A stretch of 64,000 nucleotides of DNA, from contig DAOTTZ010000029.1 of NCBI GenBank assembly GCA_034437535.1, positions 6,367 through 70,366 of the forward strand, in the 5' to 3' direction. The notes under the pieces were generated by a model. It had not been told where the DNA came from and made no database searches. It worked only from the letters and a program-made list of their open reading frames with translations. The position numbers were made by a program, and so were the translations under genes. Positions 54,610 to 63,900 of this stretch are shown here, piece after piece. The DNA comes from Anaerolineae bacterium. GTDB lineage: Bacteria > Chloroflexota > Anaerolineae > Aggregatilineales > Phototrophicaceae. Numbering within the stretch: position 1 is the first letter of the stretch; every line of letters starts with the position of its first letter.

Positions 54610-56048
54610 TCATCCTCTGGCTGGCGGCCTTGCTGGCCGTCACACCGGCTACTGCCCAGCAAGAGAGCATCACCGAGACGGGCACCTGGGTCGCGGCGGG
54701 CTTGAGCTTCGATTATCCGGCAGATTGGGTGACCCGCGATGACACACAACGCTACGGCGCGATGAGCATCGCCACCACCCAGGCCGCACTCGATGCGGTA
54801 CCATTGCCCCCCGGTGAGCTAAATGTGTTGATCTACCCGCCGCTGAGCAAACAACCGGAAAGTTTATCGCGGGTGGGCTTACGCGCCATGACGGCGCAAT
54901 CCGCGTTGTTAGTCCTCAGCATCCCAGAGAGTGAAGCACCGGTCACGCTCGACCTGGACGGACGCGAAGCCGCCCGGCGCGACCTCCAGACCGATGACTT
55001 ACAGGTCATGCTGTTGACCATCGACCTGGGGGATGTGGTGGTGCCGGTCTTCGCCACCGCCCCCCGCGCCGATTTCGCGCAGTACGAAGCCGCCGTGCTT
55101 GATCTGGTCGCGTCGATCCGCCCGGCAGAGTTGGCCTTCCCCGGTGGTACGGTCATCCCGGTAGACGCGGAGGCCTCCACCGTTGAGGACGACACAGGCA
55201 TCGACTGGCAGTACACCGCACCGCTCGAAGACGCCGATTTCACCACCCTGACCGGGGCCTTCGGGCGGTTAGATGTGGCCGGGGAGCGCGTTTACATCGC
55301 AACCGGGGCGGATTCAATCCTGGTGTTCGAAGCAGACGGCACCTTCGTCCAGATCATCCGCAACGAGTCGATTAACATCCACGATGTCGCCGTCGCGGAT
55401 GATGGCACCCTCTGGGTGATTGATCCGCTTCAGATGAAGGTCTTCCAACTGGATGCAGATGGCAGAGTGTTGAATTGGTTCGGGCAATATGGCACCGGCG
55501 TCGAGCAGTTCGACCTGTTCTCCCCGCTGGATCTTGTGATCGGCCCGGAAGGTCGCTTGTACGTTTTGAACACGACTCAAGTCGGCGGTCAGACCTATGA
55601 GGACATCCAGATCTGGACGCCAGACGGCACCTTCGTCACCTCATTTAACGCGACGTTCCGCGCTGGTGGCCTGCGTGATGCCTCCATGCTGGCTGTCGCA
55701 CCGGGGTTAGATCTGTTCTTCACCAATGGCGGGAACTTGCTAACGACAATCTTCTCGTTTGATGGCACCGTGCTGGATCGCCTGCCGGCTCCGGTCTCAC
55801 CGTATATCCCCGGTGGCTTCACGGTGGATGAAAATAGCGTGTTCTACTTCGAAGATAACGGCCAGATCACCCGGTTTAGCCTGTCGTTGGATGTGTTCGG
55901 CACTGCCCTGGACGATGAAACAGCCGCCTTCCAACCGGGGGAGTTCTTCTATCCGCGTGGGTTGGGCATCCTGCCGGGTGGGGATCTGATCGTCGCGGAC
56001 GCCAACGAGACTCATTTCCAGGTCACACGGGTTGATAGCGTGCGATGA
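54573..56048 (+). CDS. secreted NHL-repeat beta-propeller protein
   Basis: Signal peptide MVDRPHLRIHTLIILWLAALLAVTPATAQQ. Repeated NHL-like blocks (VAVADDGTLWVIDPLQMKVFQLD, LVIGPEGRLYVLNT, LIVADANETHFQVTRV). Start overlaps the upstream gene by 37 nt. Confidence 0.65.
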   Translation: MVDRPHLRIHTLIILWLAALLAVTPATAQQESITETGTWVAAGLSFDYPADWVTRDDTQRYGAMSIATTQAALDAVPLPPGELNVLIYPPLSKQPESLSRVGLRAMTAQSALLVLSIPESEAPVTLDLDGREAARRDLQTDDLQVMLLTIDLGDVVVPVFATAPRADFAQYEAAVLDLVASIRPAELAFPGGTVIPVDAEASTVEDDTGIDWQYTAPLEDADFTTLTGAFGRLDVAGERVYIATGADSILVFEADGTFVQIIRNESINIHDVAVADDGTLWVIDPLQMKVFQLDADGRVLNWFGQYGTGVEQFDLFSPLDLVIGPEGRLYVLNTTQVGGQTYEDIQIWTPDGTFVTSFNATFRAGGLRDASMLAVAPGLDLFFTNGGNLLTTIFSFDGTVLDRLPAPVSPYIPGGFTVDENSVFYFEDNGQITRFSLSLDVFGTALDDETAAFQPGEFFYPRGLGILPGGDLIVADANETHFQVTRVDSVR

Positions 56049-56052
56049 CGCA

Positions 56053-56895
56053 TCAGGCCAACTGCACCCGCACCACCCGATCATGCCCGGCGTAATCCGG
56101 GATTACTGCTACTGACTGTGCATCAGGGAAGGCTTGCTGTGCCAGCGCACAGACTGCCGCGCCCTGATCCGCGCCGATTTCCAGCAAGATCAACGCGCCA
56201 GGGTTGCACACCTGCGGCGCACCGGCCAGCAACCGCCGGATGTCGTCTAACCCGTCCGGGCCACCATCCAGGGCCAGATGCGGCTCGTAATGGCGCACAT
56301 CAAGCGTCTTGAGCGTGTCCGTCGCGATATAGGGCAAGTTCGCCATCAGCAGATCCACACGGACGCCATTGGTGATTAAGGGATCGAGCAGATCCCCCTG
56401 CCAGAAGGTCACGGCTACGCCCTGCGCGGTCGCGTTCTGCCGGGCGATTGCCAGCGCGTCTGGGCTGATGTCGGTCGCGTGGAGCGTGACCTGCGGTGCG
56501 TTGCCCTTCACGGTGAGCGCGATGGTACCGCTCCCGGTGCCGATGTCTACAACGGTGAGCGGTCGCCCGGCGATGAAGCGCAAGGCGGCCTCGACCAGAT
56601 GCTCGGTTTCCGGGCGGGGGATCAAGACGCCTGGTGCGACCACAAATTCACGATCATAAAAGGCCCGCCGCCCCAGGATGTAAGCCATTGGTTCGCCCGC
56701 CGCCCGCCGATCCAACCAGGCGGTAAAGCGGGCGACTTCTGCCCCGGTCAGATCACGGTCTCGGTGTGCCAGCACATGCGCCCGGCCCACGCCCAGCGTC
56801 TCCGCCAGGAGTAGTTGCGCGTCCAGCGCGGGCGATGACGAGACCATGCCCAACCGGGCACAGGCTTGATCCAACAATGGGCCGAGCAAAGCCAT
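56053..56895 (-). CDS. prmC: release-factor glutamine N5-methyltransferase PrmC (HemK)
   Basis: Directly downstream of prfA (TAAGCATG). Motif I VVDIGTGSGTIAL. NPPY variant MANLPY. Confidence 0.85.
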   Translation of the reverse strand: MALLGPLLDQACARLGMVSSSPALDAQLLLAETLGVGRAHVLAHRDRDLTGAEVARFTAWLDRRAAGEPMAYILGRRAFYDREFVVAPGVLIPRPETEHLVEAALRFIAGRPLTVVDIGTGSGTIALTVKGNAPQVTLHATDISPDALAIARQNATAQGVAVTFWQGDLLDPLITNGVRVDLLMANLPYIATDTLKTLDVRHYEPHLALDGGPDGLDDIRRLLAGAPQVCNPGALILLEIGADQGAAVCALAQQAFPDAQSVAVIPDYAGHDRVVRVQLA

Positions 56896-56897
56896 GC

Positions 56898-57980
56898 TTA
56901 AGCGTCTTCTTCCGTGGCGGAGAGCATAGCGGCCTGTTCGGTCGTAATCAGGTTATCAATGAAGTCATCCAGCGCACCATCCATCACGCCGGAGAGATTA
57001 TAACTGCTGTAATTGATGCGATGATCGGTCACACGGCTCTGCGGGTAATTATAGGTGCGGATCTTTTCCGCCCGGTCGCCACTGCCGACCTGCCCGCGCC
57101 GGGCCGCTTCCTGTTCTTCGCGTTGCTTACGGACTTCCAGTTCATACAGCCGGTTGAGCAAGACTTGCTTGGCCCGGATGCGATTCTGCAATTGGCTCCG
57201 CTCGTCCTGCATTTCGACCACGATGCCGGTCGGCTCGTGTGTCATCCGCACAGCGGAGTCAGTCGTATTGACCGATTGACCGCCCGCGCCCTGACTGCGA
57301 AACACATCAACCCGCACTTCGTTCATGTCCAGGTCAATATCCACGTCTTCCATCTCTGCCAGCACCGCGACGGTGGCCGTGCTGGTGTGGATGCGCCCCT
57401 GACTTTCGGTATCTGGCACCCGCTGGACGCGATGCGTGCCGCCTTCATACTTCAACCGGCTGAAGGCCCCATCGCCTTTGATCTCGAATTCGATGCGCTT
57501 GTAGCCGCCGCCGCCGGTCTCATTTTCGGCGGCAATGTCAACCTTCCAGCCGCGATTTTCCGCGTACCGTGCGTACATGCGAAACAGATCCGCCGCGAAG
57601 AGGGCGGCTTCATCGCCGCCGGCCCCGGCGCGGATCTCCATGATGATGTTCTTTTCATCACGCGGGTCCCTGGGCAAGAGCAAGAACTTTAGCTTTTCTT
57701 CCAAATCGGTGATCTCGCTTTCCAGTTGATTGACTTCCTCCCGCGCCATCTCGCGCAGGTCGGCGTCGTCCTCATCCTGGAGCATTTGCCGCGCCCCGTC
57801 TAACTCGGTGTTGAGCGTCTTGTACTTGCGATACTCGGTCACAATTTCCTGGATGTTGGCCCGCTCTTTGGAAAGCGACACCACATTTTCATAATCAGCG
57901 GTAATTTCCGGGTCGGCCAATTGCCGCTCAAGTTCTTCATAACGGTCTTCGATGCTTGCCAGCTTGTCATACATTGACAT
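56898..57980 (-). CDS. prfA: peptide chain release factor 1
   Basis: PDTESQGRIHTSTATV (RF1 PxT context). GGQ motif (SQGAGGQSVNTTDS). 360 aa. Confidence 0.9.
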   Translation of the reverse strand: MSMYDKLASIEDRYEELERQLADPEITADYENVVSLSKERANIQEIVTEYRKYKTLNTELDGARQMLQDEDDADLREMAREEVNQLESEITDLEEKLKFLLLPRDPRDEKNIIMEIRAGAGGDEAALFAADLFRMYARYAENRGWKVDIAAENETGGGGYKRIEFEIKGDGAFSRLKYEGGTHRVQRVPDTESQGRIHTSTATVAVLAEMEDVDIDLDMNEVRVDVFRSQGAGGQSVNTTDSAVRMTHEPTGIVVEMQDERSQLQNRIRAKQVLLNRLYELEVRKQREEQEAARRGQVGSGDRAEKIRTYNYPQSRVTDHRINYSSYNLSGVMDGALDDFIDNLITTEQAAMLSATEEDA

Positions 57981-58144
57981 GCGTGTATCCTATCCTCTTA
58001 CTTGGTTTACAAAATCAAAAAATGTATGGGCGATAGCTGGGTACGCTATAAAGCATCGAGCCGTCGGTTTTTCCACTGCATGGGTAGGTTTCTCTTGATG
58101 ATTGATCGTGTATGGGTTAATCATGCGCGGGCAGGCGCAAATAA

Positions 58145-58966
58145 TCAATGGCGAACCACCATCACTGGTACGCCTTGCGCCCGCAACTGCCGGTTGCCGT
58201 CGGCATCCAGGTCACAAACTCGTAGATCCTTGCCCTGGGCCTGGGCGAAGCGGGCCGCGTGCATCGCGCCGCCAGTCGCGCTGGTCTCTACGATGACGGT
58301 CGTCTGGCTCAAGCCGGTGATGATGCGATTGCGGGCGACCAACCCCGGCGCACTGACCGCTGAATCCGGCGCGACTTCACACAATAACGCCCCGTGATGC
58401 GCCAGGATGGTCTCCGCCAGATCATGATTTTCCGGCGGATACGGTTGGAGGATGCCGTTGCCCAATACCGCGACGGTCGGCGTGGGGATCGCACCCAGAT
58501 GCGCGACTGTATCAATGCCGTGTGCCAACCCGCTGATGACCGCACAACCCCGCATGGCATAAGAGCGGCTGACGGCCAGCGCGGCCTGATGCCCGGCCCG
58601 GCTGGGCTGGCGCGTGCCGACGACCGCCACCGCCCCGGTTAGATCTGGCAAGCTCCCACGCAGGAACACCGTCGGCGGCGCATCGTCCAGGGTACGCAAT
58701 GCTACCGGGAACGAGTCCTCTTGCCGGGTGATGATCTGCACGCCGTTTGCCTGCCACTGATCCATGCGGCGGCGCACACCGTCCAGGTCAACCGCCAGGA
58801 TGCTCTGGGCGATCTTCGCGCCGATGCCGCGCACCGCCTGCAAGGTCTTTGCATCTGCCCGCAAGACCGCGTGCAGGTCATGATCAAAATGCGCCAGTAA
58901 GGCGGTAAAGGTCTTGCCCCCCAGGTGCTTGCACAGGCTGAGGGCCACCCAGGCGGCACGATCCAC
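58145..58966 (-). CDS. dprA: DNA processing protein DprA (Smf)
   Basis: Rossmann-like DprA core (AVVGTRQPSRAGHQAALAVSRSYAMRGCAVISGLAHGIDTVAH). GTG 58966 overlaps the MerR-like stop by 1 nt (TAGTG). Alternative ATG starts at 59047 or 59080 would overlap the upstream gene. Confidence 0.7.
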   Translation of the reverse strand: MDRAAWVALSLCKHLGGKTFTALLAHFDHDLHAVLRADAKTLQAVRGIGAKIAQSILAVDLDGVRRRMDQWQANGVQIITRQEDSFPVALRTLDDAPPTVFLRGSLPDLTGAVAVVGTRQPSRAGHQAALAVSRSYAMRGCAVISGLAHGIDTVAHLGAIPTPTVAVLGNGILQPYPPENHDLAETILAHHGALLCEVAPDSAVSAPGLVARNRIITGLSQTTVIVETSATGGAMHAARFAQAQGKDLRVCDLDADGNRQLRAQGVPVMVVRH

Positions 58967-59589
58967 TATTCTTCCTCGTAATACTCCACCAGGGAAAGCA
59001 ACATGGCGTTCATAAAGTTGTTGACGTGGCGCACCAGCACCGCCCATTCCGGCGTCGAGCGCGGCGTGATCTCCGACCAATTCAAGATCGAGTTCAGCAC
59101 AAATTCACTAAAATAGAAAAAGCCGCGCATGGCCTGGGGCAAGGTCAGGCCGTCGTCCACCAGTTCCGCCGCATATTCTTTGCCCAGGCGGATGGCAACC
59201 GATAATTGATCGTCGGGGGCACCATCGGCTAGGTACCGGCGGATGGCGTCGAGTAATTCGCGCCCGCGCTCCCGCATACGGCCCCGCGTCCGGTCGCCCA
59301 TCGCGGCATACCAGGGGGTAGAAGCCAGCATCCCTTCGCCCACTTGCATCCGCGCTTGACCCAGCGCACTCTGGATGATGACCTGCACTTCAATCGGTTG
59401 CACGTCTTCCTGTTGGGTAGTCTGCGCGTGGCGTTCCAGATCAGATTTTAAGAAGCGGCGATGCCCGCCCGGTGTCCGTCGAGATGCCAGATCGCCCTTA
59501 TCCGCCCAGTTCCGCACGGTCGCCGGATGCACGCCTAGAATATCCGCCGCCCGCCGCAAGCTGACCCATTCCGCTTGTTCTTGGCTCAT
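58966..59589 (-). CDS. MerR/excisionase-type HTH protein with C-terminal helical domain
   Basis: ATG 59589 after GAAGGAGAAA SD (track start is an upstream TTG). N-terminal HTH LRRAADILGVHPATVRNWADKGDL. Confidence 0.65.
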   Translation of the reverse strand: MSQEQAEWVSLRRAADILGVHPATVRNWADKGDLASRRTPGGHRRFLKSDLERHAQTTQQEDVQPIEVQVIIQSALGQARMQVGEGMLASTPWYAAMGDRTRGRMRERGRELLDAIRRYLADGAPDDQLSVAIRLGKEYAAELVDDGLTLPQAMRGFFYFSEFVLNSILNWSEITPRSTPEWAVLVRHVNNFMNAMLLSLVEYYEEE

Positions 59590-59645
59590 CGCTGTGCCCG
59601 TTTCTCCTTCGCGCAATCGTTCGAGTCTATTATAACGCGAACTGT

Positions 59646-60722
59646 TCAGGATTGTTGACTCTGGCGTGATCCTAATATGACATCCACCGTCTGGTAGGTT
59701 CCATCCCGGTAGACGGTCAGTTGGAGGATGTCGCCGGGGGCGGTATTGGCCGCCAGGTAACTCACCAGCGCATCAAAGCCGGTAATGGGCACGGTATTGA
59801 TCGCGGTAATGACATCAACCGCTGTCTCGGTATCAGGTCGCAGGCCGCCCTGGTCTGCCGGGCCACCCGCCGCCACACTGGTAACCACCACCCCACGCAG
59901 ATCAAACGGCAGGCCATAGGTTTCGATGGTATCAATGTCTACATCCGTCCCGTTAATGCCCAGATAACTGTAATCCACAAAGCCGACTTCGATCAATTCA
60001 CGGGCGACCCGCACCACCAGGTTGCTGGGCAGGGCCAAGCCCACCCCGGCGTTACGCGGCTGGTCGTTGATGATCTGCGCGTTCATACCTATGACCCGGC
60101 CCTGACTATCCAGCAGAGGGCCGCCACTGCTCCCTGGGTTGATGGCGGCGTCAGTCTGGATCACCGCGCCGACTTCATAATTGGTAAAGCCCTGAAGTGT
60201 GCGATCCAACGCGCTGATAATGCCGCTGGTCAACGTCCAGTTCTGGCCGAAGGGATTGCCGATGGTGAGCGTGATCTGCCCGACCTGTAACATCGCAGAA
60301 TCAGCAAATGTCACCGGGGTCAACCGATCCATCGGCAGGTCAACCCGCAGGACGGCAATATCGGAAGCGGCATCAAATGCTTGAAGCTCTGCCCGCAGGG
60401 TCATGCCATCGTAAAAGTTGACGATAACACGGTCGCTATTTTCCACGACGTGATAATTGGTGAGGATGTGTCCCGCTTGATCGACCACAAAGCCGGTGCC
60501 GGTGCTCCAGGGTTGCCAGCTCCCCCCGCGCAGTTGATCGGCGGTGATGGCGACCACCGACGGCGCGACCGTCTCGTAGACGCGGGTATAGGCCGTTTCC
60601 AGGTCGGTGATGGTGTCAATCTGGGCGGTGGTGGGGATGGGGGCTGGCAAGAGTGCCCCGCCGAGCAAAAATGCACCGATCAACAACAGGCCGCTCAAAG
60701 TCGTTTGCATCCAGTTTCGCAT
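59646..60722 (-). CDS. HtrA/DegP-family serine protease with PDZ domain
   Basis: ATG 60722 with AGAGGA SD. Signal-anchor LLLIGAFLLGGALL. Catalytic triad contexts TNYHVV, DIAVLRV, NPGSSGGPLLD. C-terminal PDZ-like region. Confidence 0.85.
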   Translation of the reverse strand: MRNWMQTTLSGLLLIGAFLLGGALLPAPIPTTAQIDTITDLETAYTRVYETVAPSVVAITADQLRGGSWQPWSTGTGFVVDQAGHILTNYHVVENSDRVIVNFYDGMTLRAELQAFDAASDIAVLRVDLPMDRLTPVTFADSAMLQVGQITLTIGNPFGQNWTLTSGIISALDRTLQGFTNYEVGAVIQTDAAINPGSSGGPLLDSQGRVIGMNAQIINDQPRNAGVGLALPSNLVVRVARELIEVGFVDYSYLGINGTDVDIDTIETYGLPFDLRGVVVTSVAAGGPADQGGLRPDTETAVDVITAINTVPITGFDALVSYLAANTAPGDILQLTVYRDGTYQTVDVILGSRQSQQS

Positions 60723-60807
60723 GGGTCGTGATCCTCTGTCTTGTGGTGGGTTCCGCCTGGAATCATAGCACGCGACCGGCACCGTGTACCGTAAAAAAGC
60801 TTTTAGA

Positions 60808-61566
60808 TTAACCGCGTTTGGATTGCTCCCAGGTACGCCGGGTCAACCAGTGTCCCATCCAGGCGGCATACCGTGAGACAAAATAGACCAGGTAAGATCG
60901 CCAATCCGGGAAGATCATAAATTGCTGGCGTTTCAGCCCGCGCTCGATGGTCTGCGCGATGTCATCCGCCGTGTAGACCTTGAGGAACGGCGACTGTGCA
61001 TTGGTCAGGCTGGCGTGCTGGCGATTTTCGGCGGATAGCATCGGTGTATCGACCAGATTCGGCACGACAACGCCGATATGCACACCACTGCCGGCCAGTT
61101 CCACGCGCAAACCCTGGGCCACGTTCAAGACGGCGGCCTTGCTAGCGGCATAACTGGCAAATTCCGGGATGCCGTAAAAGCCCGATACCGACGCGATCAA
61201 GATCAACGATCCTTTAGACTGGCGCAGATAGGGCAAGACGGCATGGGCCATATGCAGGGTGCCAGTCAGGTTGACGTCAATCGTCCGGGCGTGGGTGGCC
61301 GGGGCGGTCGCTTCGAACAAGCCGGTATGCAAGATGCCAGCACAATGAATGACTGCATCCAGCGTGTTGACTGCCGCCAGCGCAGTCTTGATCTGGTCAT
61401 AGCGGGTGCAATCCACCAGCGCAGAATCTACCCCCAGGGTTTGTGCCGCCGCCTTCAGGGCGGTTTCGTCAATATCCCACAGGATGAGATCAACACCGGC
61501 TTGCTTCAGGCGGTGGGCGGTCGCCAGCCCGATCCCGCTGGCTCCGCCGGTAATCAGGACGCGCAT
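60808..61566 (-). CDS. short-chain dehydrogenase/reductase (SDR)
   Basis: MRVLITGGASGIGLATA. YxxxK catalytic context (YAASKAAV). Confidence 0.8.
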   Translation of the reverse strand: MRVLITGGASGIGLATAHRLKQAGVDLILWDIDETALKAAAQTLGVDSALVDCTRYDQIKTALAAVNTLDAVIHCAGILHTGLFEATAPATHARTIDVNLTGTLHMAHAVLPYLRQSKGSLILIASVSGFYGIPEFASYAASKAAVLNVAQGLRVELAGSGVHIGVVVPNLVDTPMLSAENRQHASLTNAQSPFLKVYTADDIAQTIERGLKRQQFMIFPDWRSYLVYFVSRYAAWMGHWLTRRTWEQSKRG

Positions 61567-62063
61567 GAGTGTATCTCCAGCAATAGATATTGGATGGTCT
61601 TAGGTGGGTCATCCGGCGTCTGGATGCGGTGGGCCGGCTGGAAGCCCAACCGACGATACAGGGCAAGTGCCCGTGTGTTTTCGATCTCCGCGCCGATCTC
61701 CACCCGGCGGGCTTGCATTTCGCGGGCGGCCCGCACCAGATATTGGATCATGGCGGTGCCGATGCCCTGGTCACGCTGGGCCGGGGCGACGATTAAATCA
61801 CTGATTTCCGCCGCCCGTAGCCAGAGCGTCAACTGCCCATAAGCCTGCAAAGTTGTCTGATGGTCTGTGTTACCCATCACCACGATCCCTAACCCACGTC
61901 CCTGCAATGCCTGTTGCCTTGCTCGACTGACCATCGTGTAAACCCAGCGCGATGGCTTATCCGGCCAGCAGGTCGCTTGCAACGATGTGACATCATGCAG
62001 GCGCACCGGGCGGATCTTGACCATCGGGTCGGGATGACTCAGGGCAGGGGGGATCGTCATCAT
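61554..62063 (-). CDS. GNAT-family N-acetyltransferase
   Basis: LIVAPAQRDQGIGTAMIQYLV motif A. 13-nt overlap with the SDR gene. Confidence 0.7.
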   Translation of the reverse strand: MMTIPPALSHPDPMVKIRPVRLHDVTSLQATCWPDKPSRWVYTMVSRARQQALQGRGLGIVVMGNTDHQTTLQAYGQLTLWLRAAEISDLIVAPAQRDQGIGTAMIQYLVRAAREMQARRVEIGAEIENTRALALYRRLGFQPAHRIQTPDDPPKTIQYLLLEIHSCAS

Positions 62064-62065
62064 GG

Positions 62066-63082
62066 TCAGGTGGTGGGGCTGGCGTCGCTCTCACCCAGGG
62101 CGATGGCGAAGACCGCGCCAAACATCGCACCGTAGATCAACCCGCCGATTAGCCCGGTGAGGAAATCCGGCAGATCTAACCCGGCACTGAACAAGAAGAA
62201 GATACGTGTGCCACCAGCCGAGAACATAATCAGCGTGATTGCCAGCAAAATAAACAAATTACGATTCAAGCGTGGTTCACCCTGCGCGGACGCGATACGG
62301 CTACCATTGGAGAAGACATAGGCCAGCCCAACAGCGTAGATCAACCGTATGATCCATTCTAAAAATTGACTGTCAAACGCGGTAAACGAGCCGATCCCTC
62401 TCAACCCCAGGATGCCCGCGATCAGCGTGACGACCACCGGGATACCGATAAAGGCGAACAGCGTGTTGCGCGGCATCTTGGGATAAGCAATTGAGAGGCC
62501 AATCGCCAGCCCATAAAACACCACCGCCGTCAAGATCGCGGCGATAATGCCATACACAAAGTCACTATCCAGTTCGAGGATGATCTCGACGGTAAAGGCG
62601 ACCGCGAACAGGATCGCGCCGAGTGCGCTCAACCCGCCCAAGGTGCCCAGGCGGTCAAACAGATTGGTTTTGAGTGCGTCCATCACCGGCGGGGCCATCG
62701 GGATCTTGTAATCGGTGGCCGAGCGGTCGTTATCCGGTGTAGGGGGAATACTTTCGTTACTCATGACTGCATCTCCTTCTGTCGTTCGATCAAGGTTTTG
62801 CAGGCGGTCGAGCCACTTCTGCGCGGTTTCATTGTGTGGGAGGCCGCGTAAAATACGGATGGCCTCATCATAACGTTGGGTGTCGATGTAAGCTTTCGCT
62901 TGCTCTAACTGGGATTCTTCGCTGTTTTGCCCGGCTTCCGGGAAGCGTTGATCCAGTTGTTTAAGCCACTTCTGTGCTTTCGGGTTATCTGGCATGGTTA
63001 CAAGAATGCGGCGTGCCTGCTGGTACTTCTGCTGATTTACAAGTTGCTTCGCTTCTTCTAGACGAGTAGCATCGTCGGACAT
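62066..63082 (-). CDS. membrane protein with N-terminal tandem ~30-aa helical repeats
   Basis: ATG 63082 after AGGAAAA SD. Repeats YQQARRILVTMPDNPKAQKWLKQLDQ and YDEAIRILRGLPHNETAQKWLDRLQNLD. C-terminal 6-7 TM helices. Confidence 0.55.
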   Translation of the reverse strand: MSDDATRLEEAKQLVNQQKYQQARRILVTMPDNPKAQKWLKQLDQRFPEAGQNSEESQLEQAKAYIDTQRYDEAIRILRGLPHNETAQKWLDRLQNLDRTTEGDAVMSNESIPPTPDNDRSATDYKIPMAPPVMDALKTNLFDRLGTLGGLSALGAILFAVAFTVEIILELDSDFVYGIIAAILTAVVFYGLAIGLSIAYPKMPRNTLFAFIGIPVVVTLIAGILGLRGIGSFTAFDSQFLEWIIRLIYAVGLAYVFSNGSRIASAQGEPRLNRNLFILLAITLIMFSAGGTRIFFLFSAGLDLPDFLTGLIGGLIYGAMFGAVFAIALGESDASPTT

Positions 63083-63219
63083 AAGACTTTTCCTCATACA
63101 ATCGAGCAAAGGCAATTTTGAGTGTAGCACAAATCCCAATTTCTGCTGAAAAATAGCTGTGCAAGGGGTCAGTTTACAGTAGAATGGATAATAGACCAAC
63201 CAATCATTAGAGGCCGCTG

Positions 63220-63900
63220 ATGAGTTTGCAACGTCGTATTATTTTATCTGTCACCGCGCTGGTTCTGGTGGCCGTCATCCCGTTGACCTTGCTTTCCGCC
63301 ATTACCGTTCGCCAATCTTTGCTTGACCAACGTGAGCGTGACGGTATTTTGCTGGCGGATCTCGTCGCGCAGAGTGCCAGTTTCATCCAGGAGATCCCGT
63401 CAGATGTCGAGACCGTGCTGGAAGAGCAGATGATCGTCCAGGCACGGGTGGCGGCTTACATGGTGGCCTATGCCGAACAAGCCGGCCTAATGCCCGACCA
63501 GATCAACACGGCCCTACGGCGCATCGTGGATACATCGGTTATCGATGAATTCTGGATCACCGATGACTCCGGGGAGGCTTACCTGCGCTCTGATGAATTC
63601 TTTGAGTTCACCTTCAGCCCATCTGCGGAAGAACAACCCCAGGCGTATATCTTCTGGCCGTTGCTGGATGGCGAGACCGATGTCGTCGTCCAGGAAGCCC
63701 GCACCCGCGAAGTCGATGACCAGCGGTTTAAGTACGTCGGCGTCTCCGGGGTGGATCAACCGCGCATCGTGCAGGTGGGGTATAACGCCAGTATCTTAGA
63801 CGAGATCGAGGAACGACTGGGCCTGCCACGCCTGATCGAACGCATCTTCAGTTCAGATCTAGATTTCGCGTCAATTAGTGGACAAAAAGGGCGTTGTTGA
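63220..63900 (+). pseudogene. sensor-domain (MCP/histidine-kinase-type periplasmic domain) gene, probably truncated by IS insertion
   Basis: TM1 IILSVTALVLVAVIPLTLLSAI, then ~190-aa periplasmic sensor-like domain. Reading frame ends 10 nt inside the IS inverted repeat. No TM2, HAMP or output domain. Confidence 0.45.
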
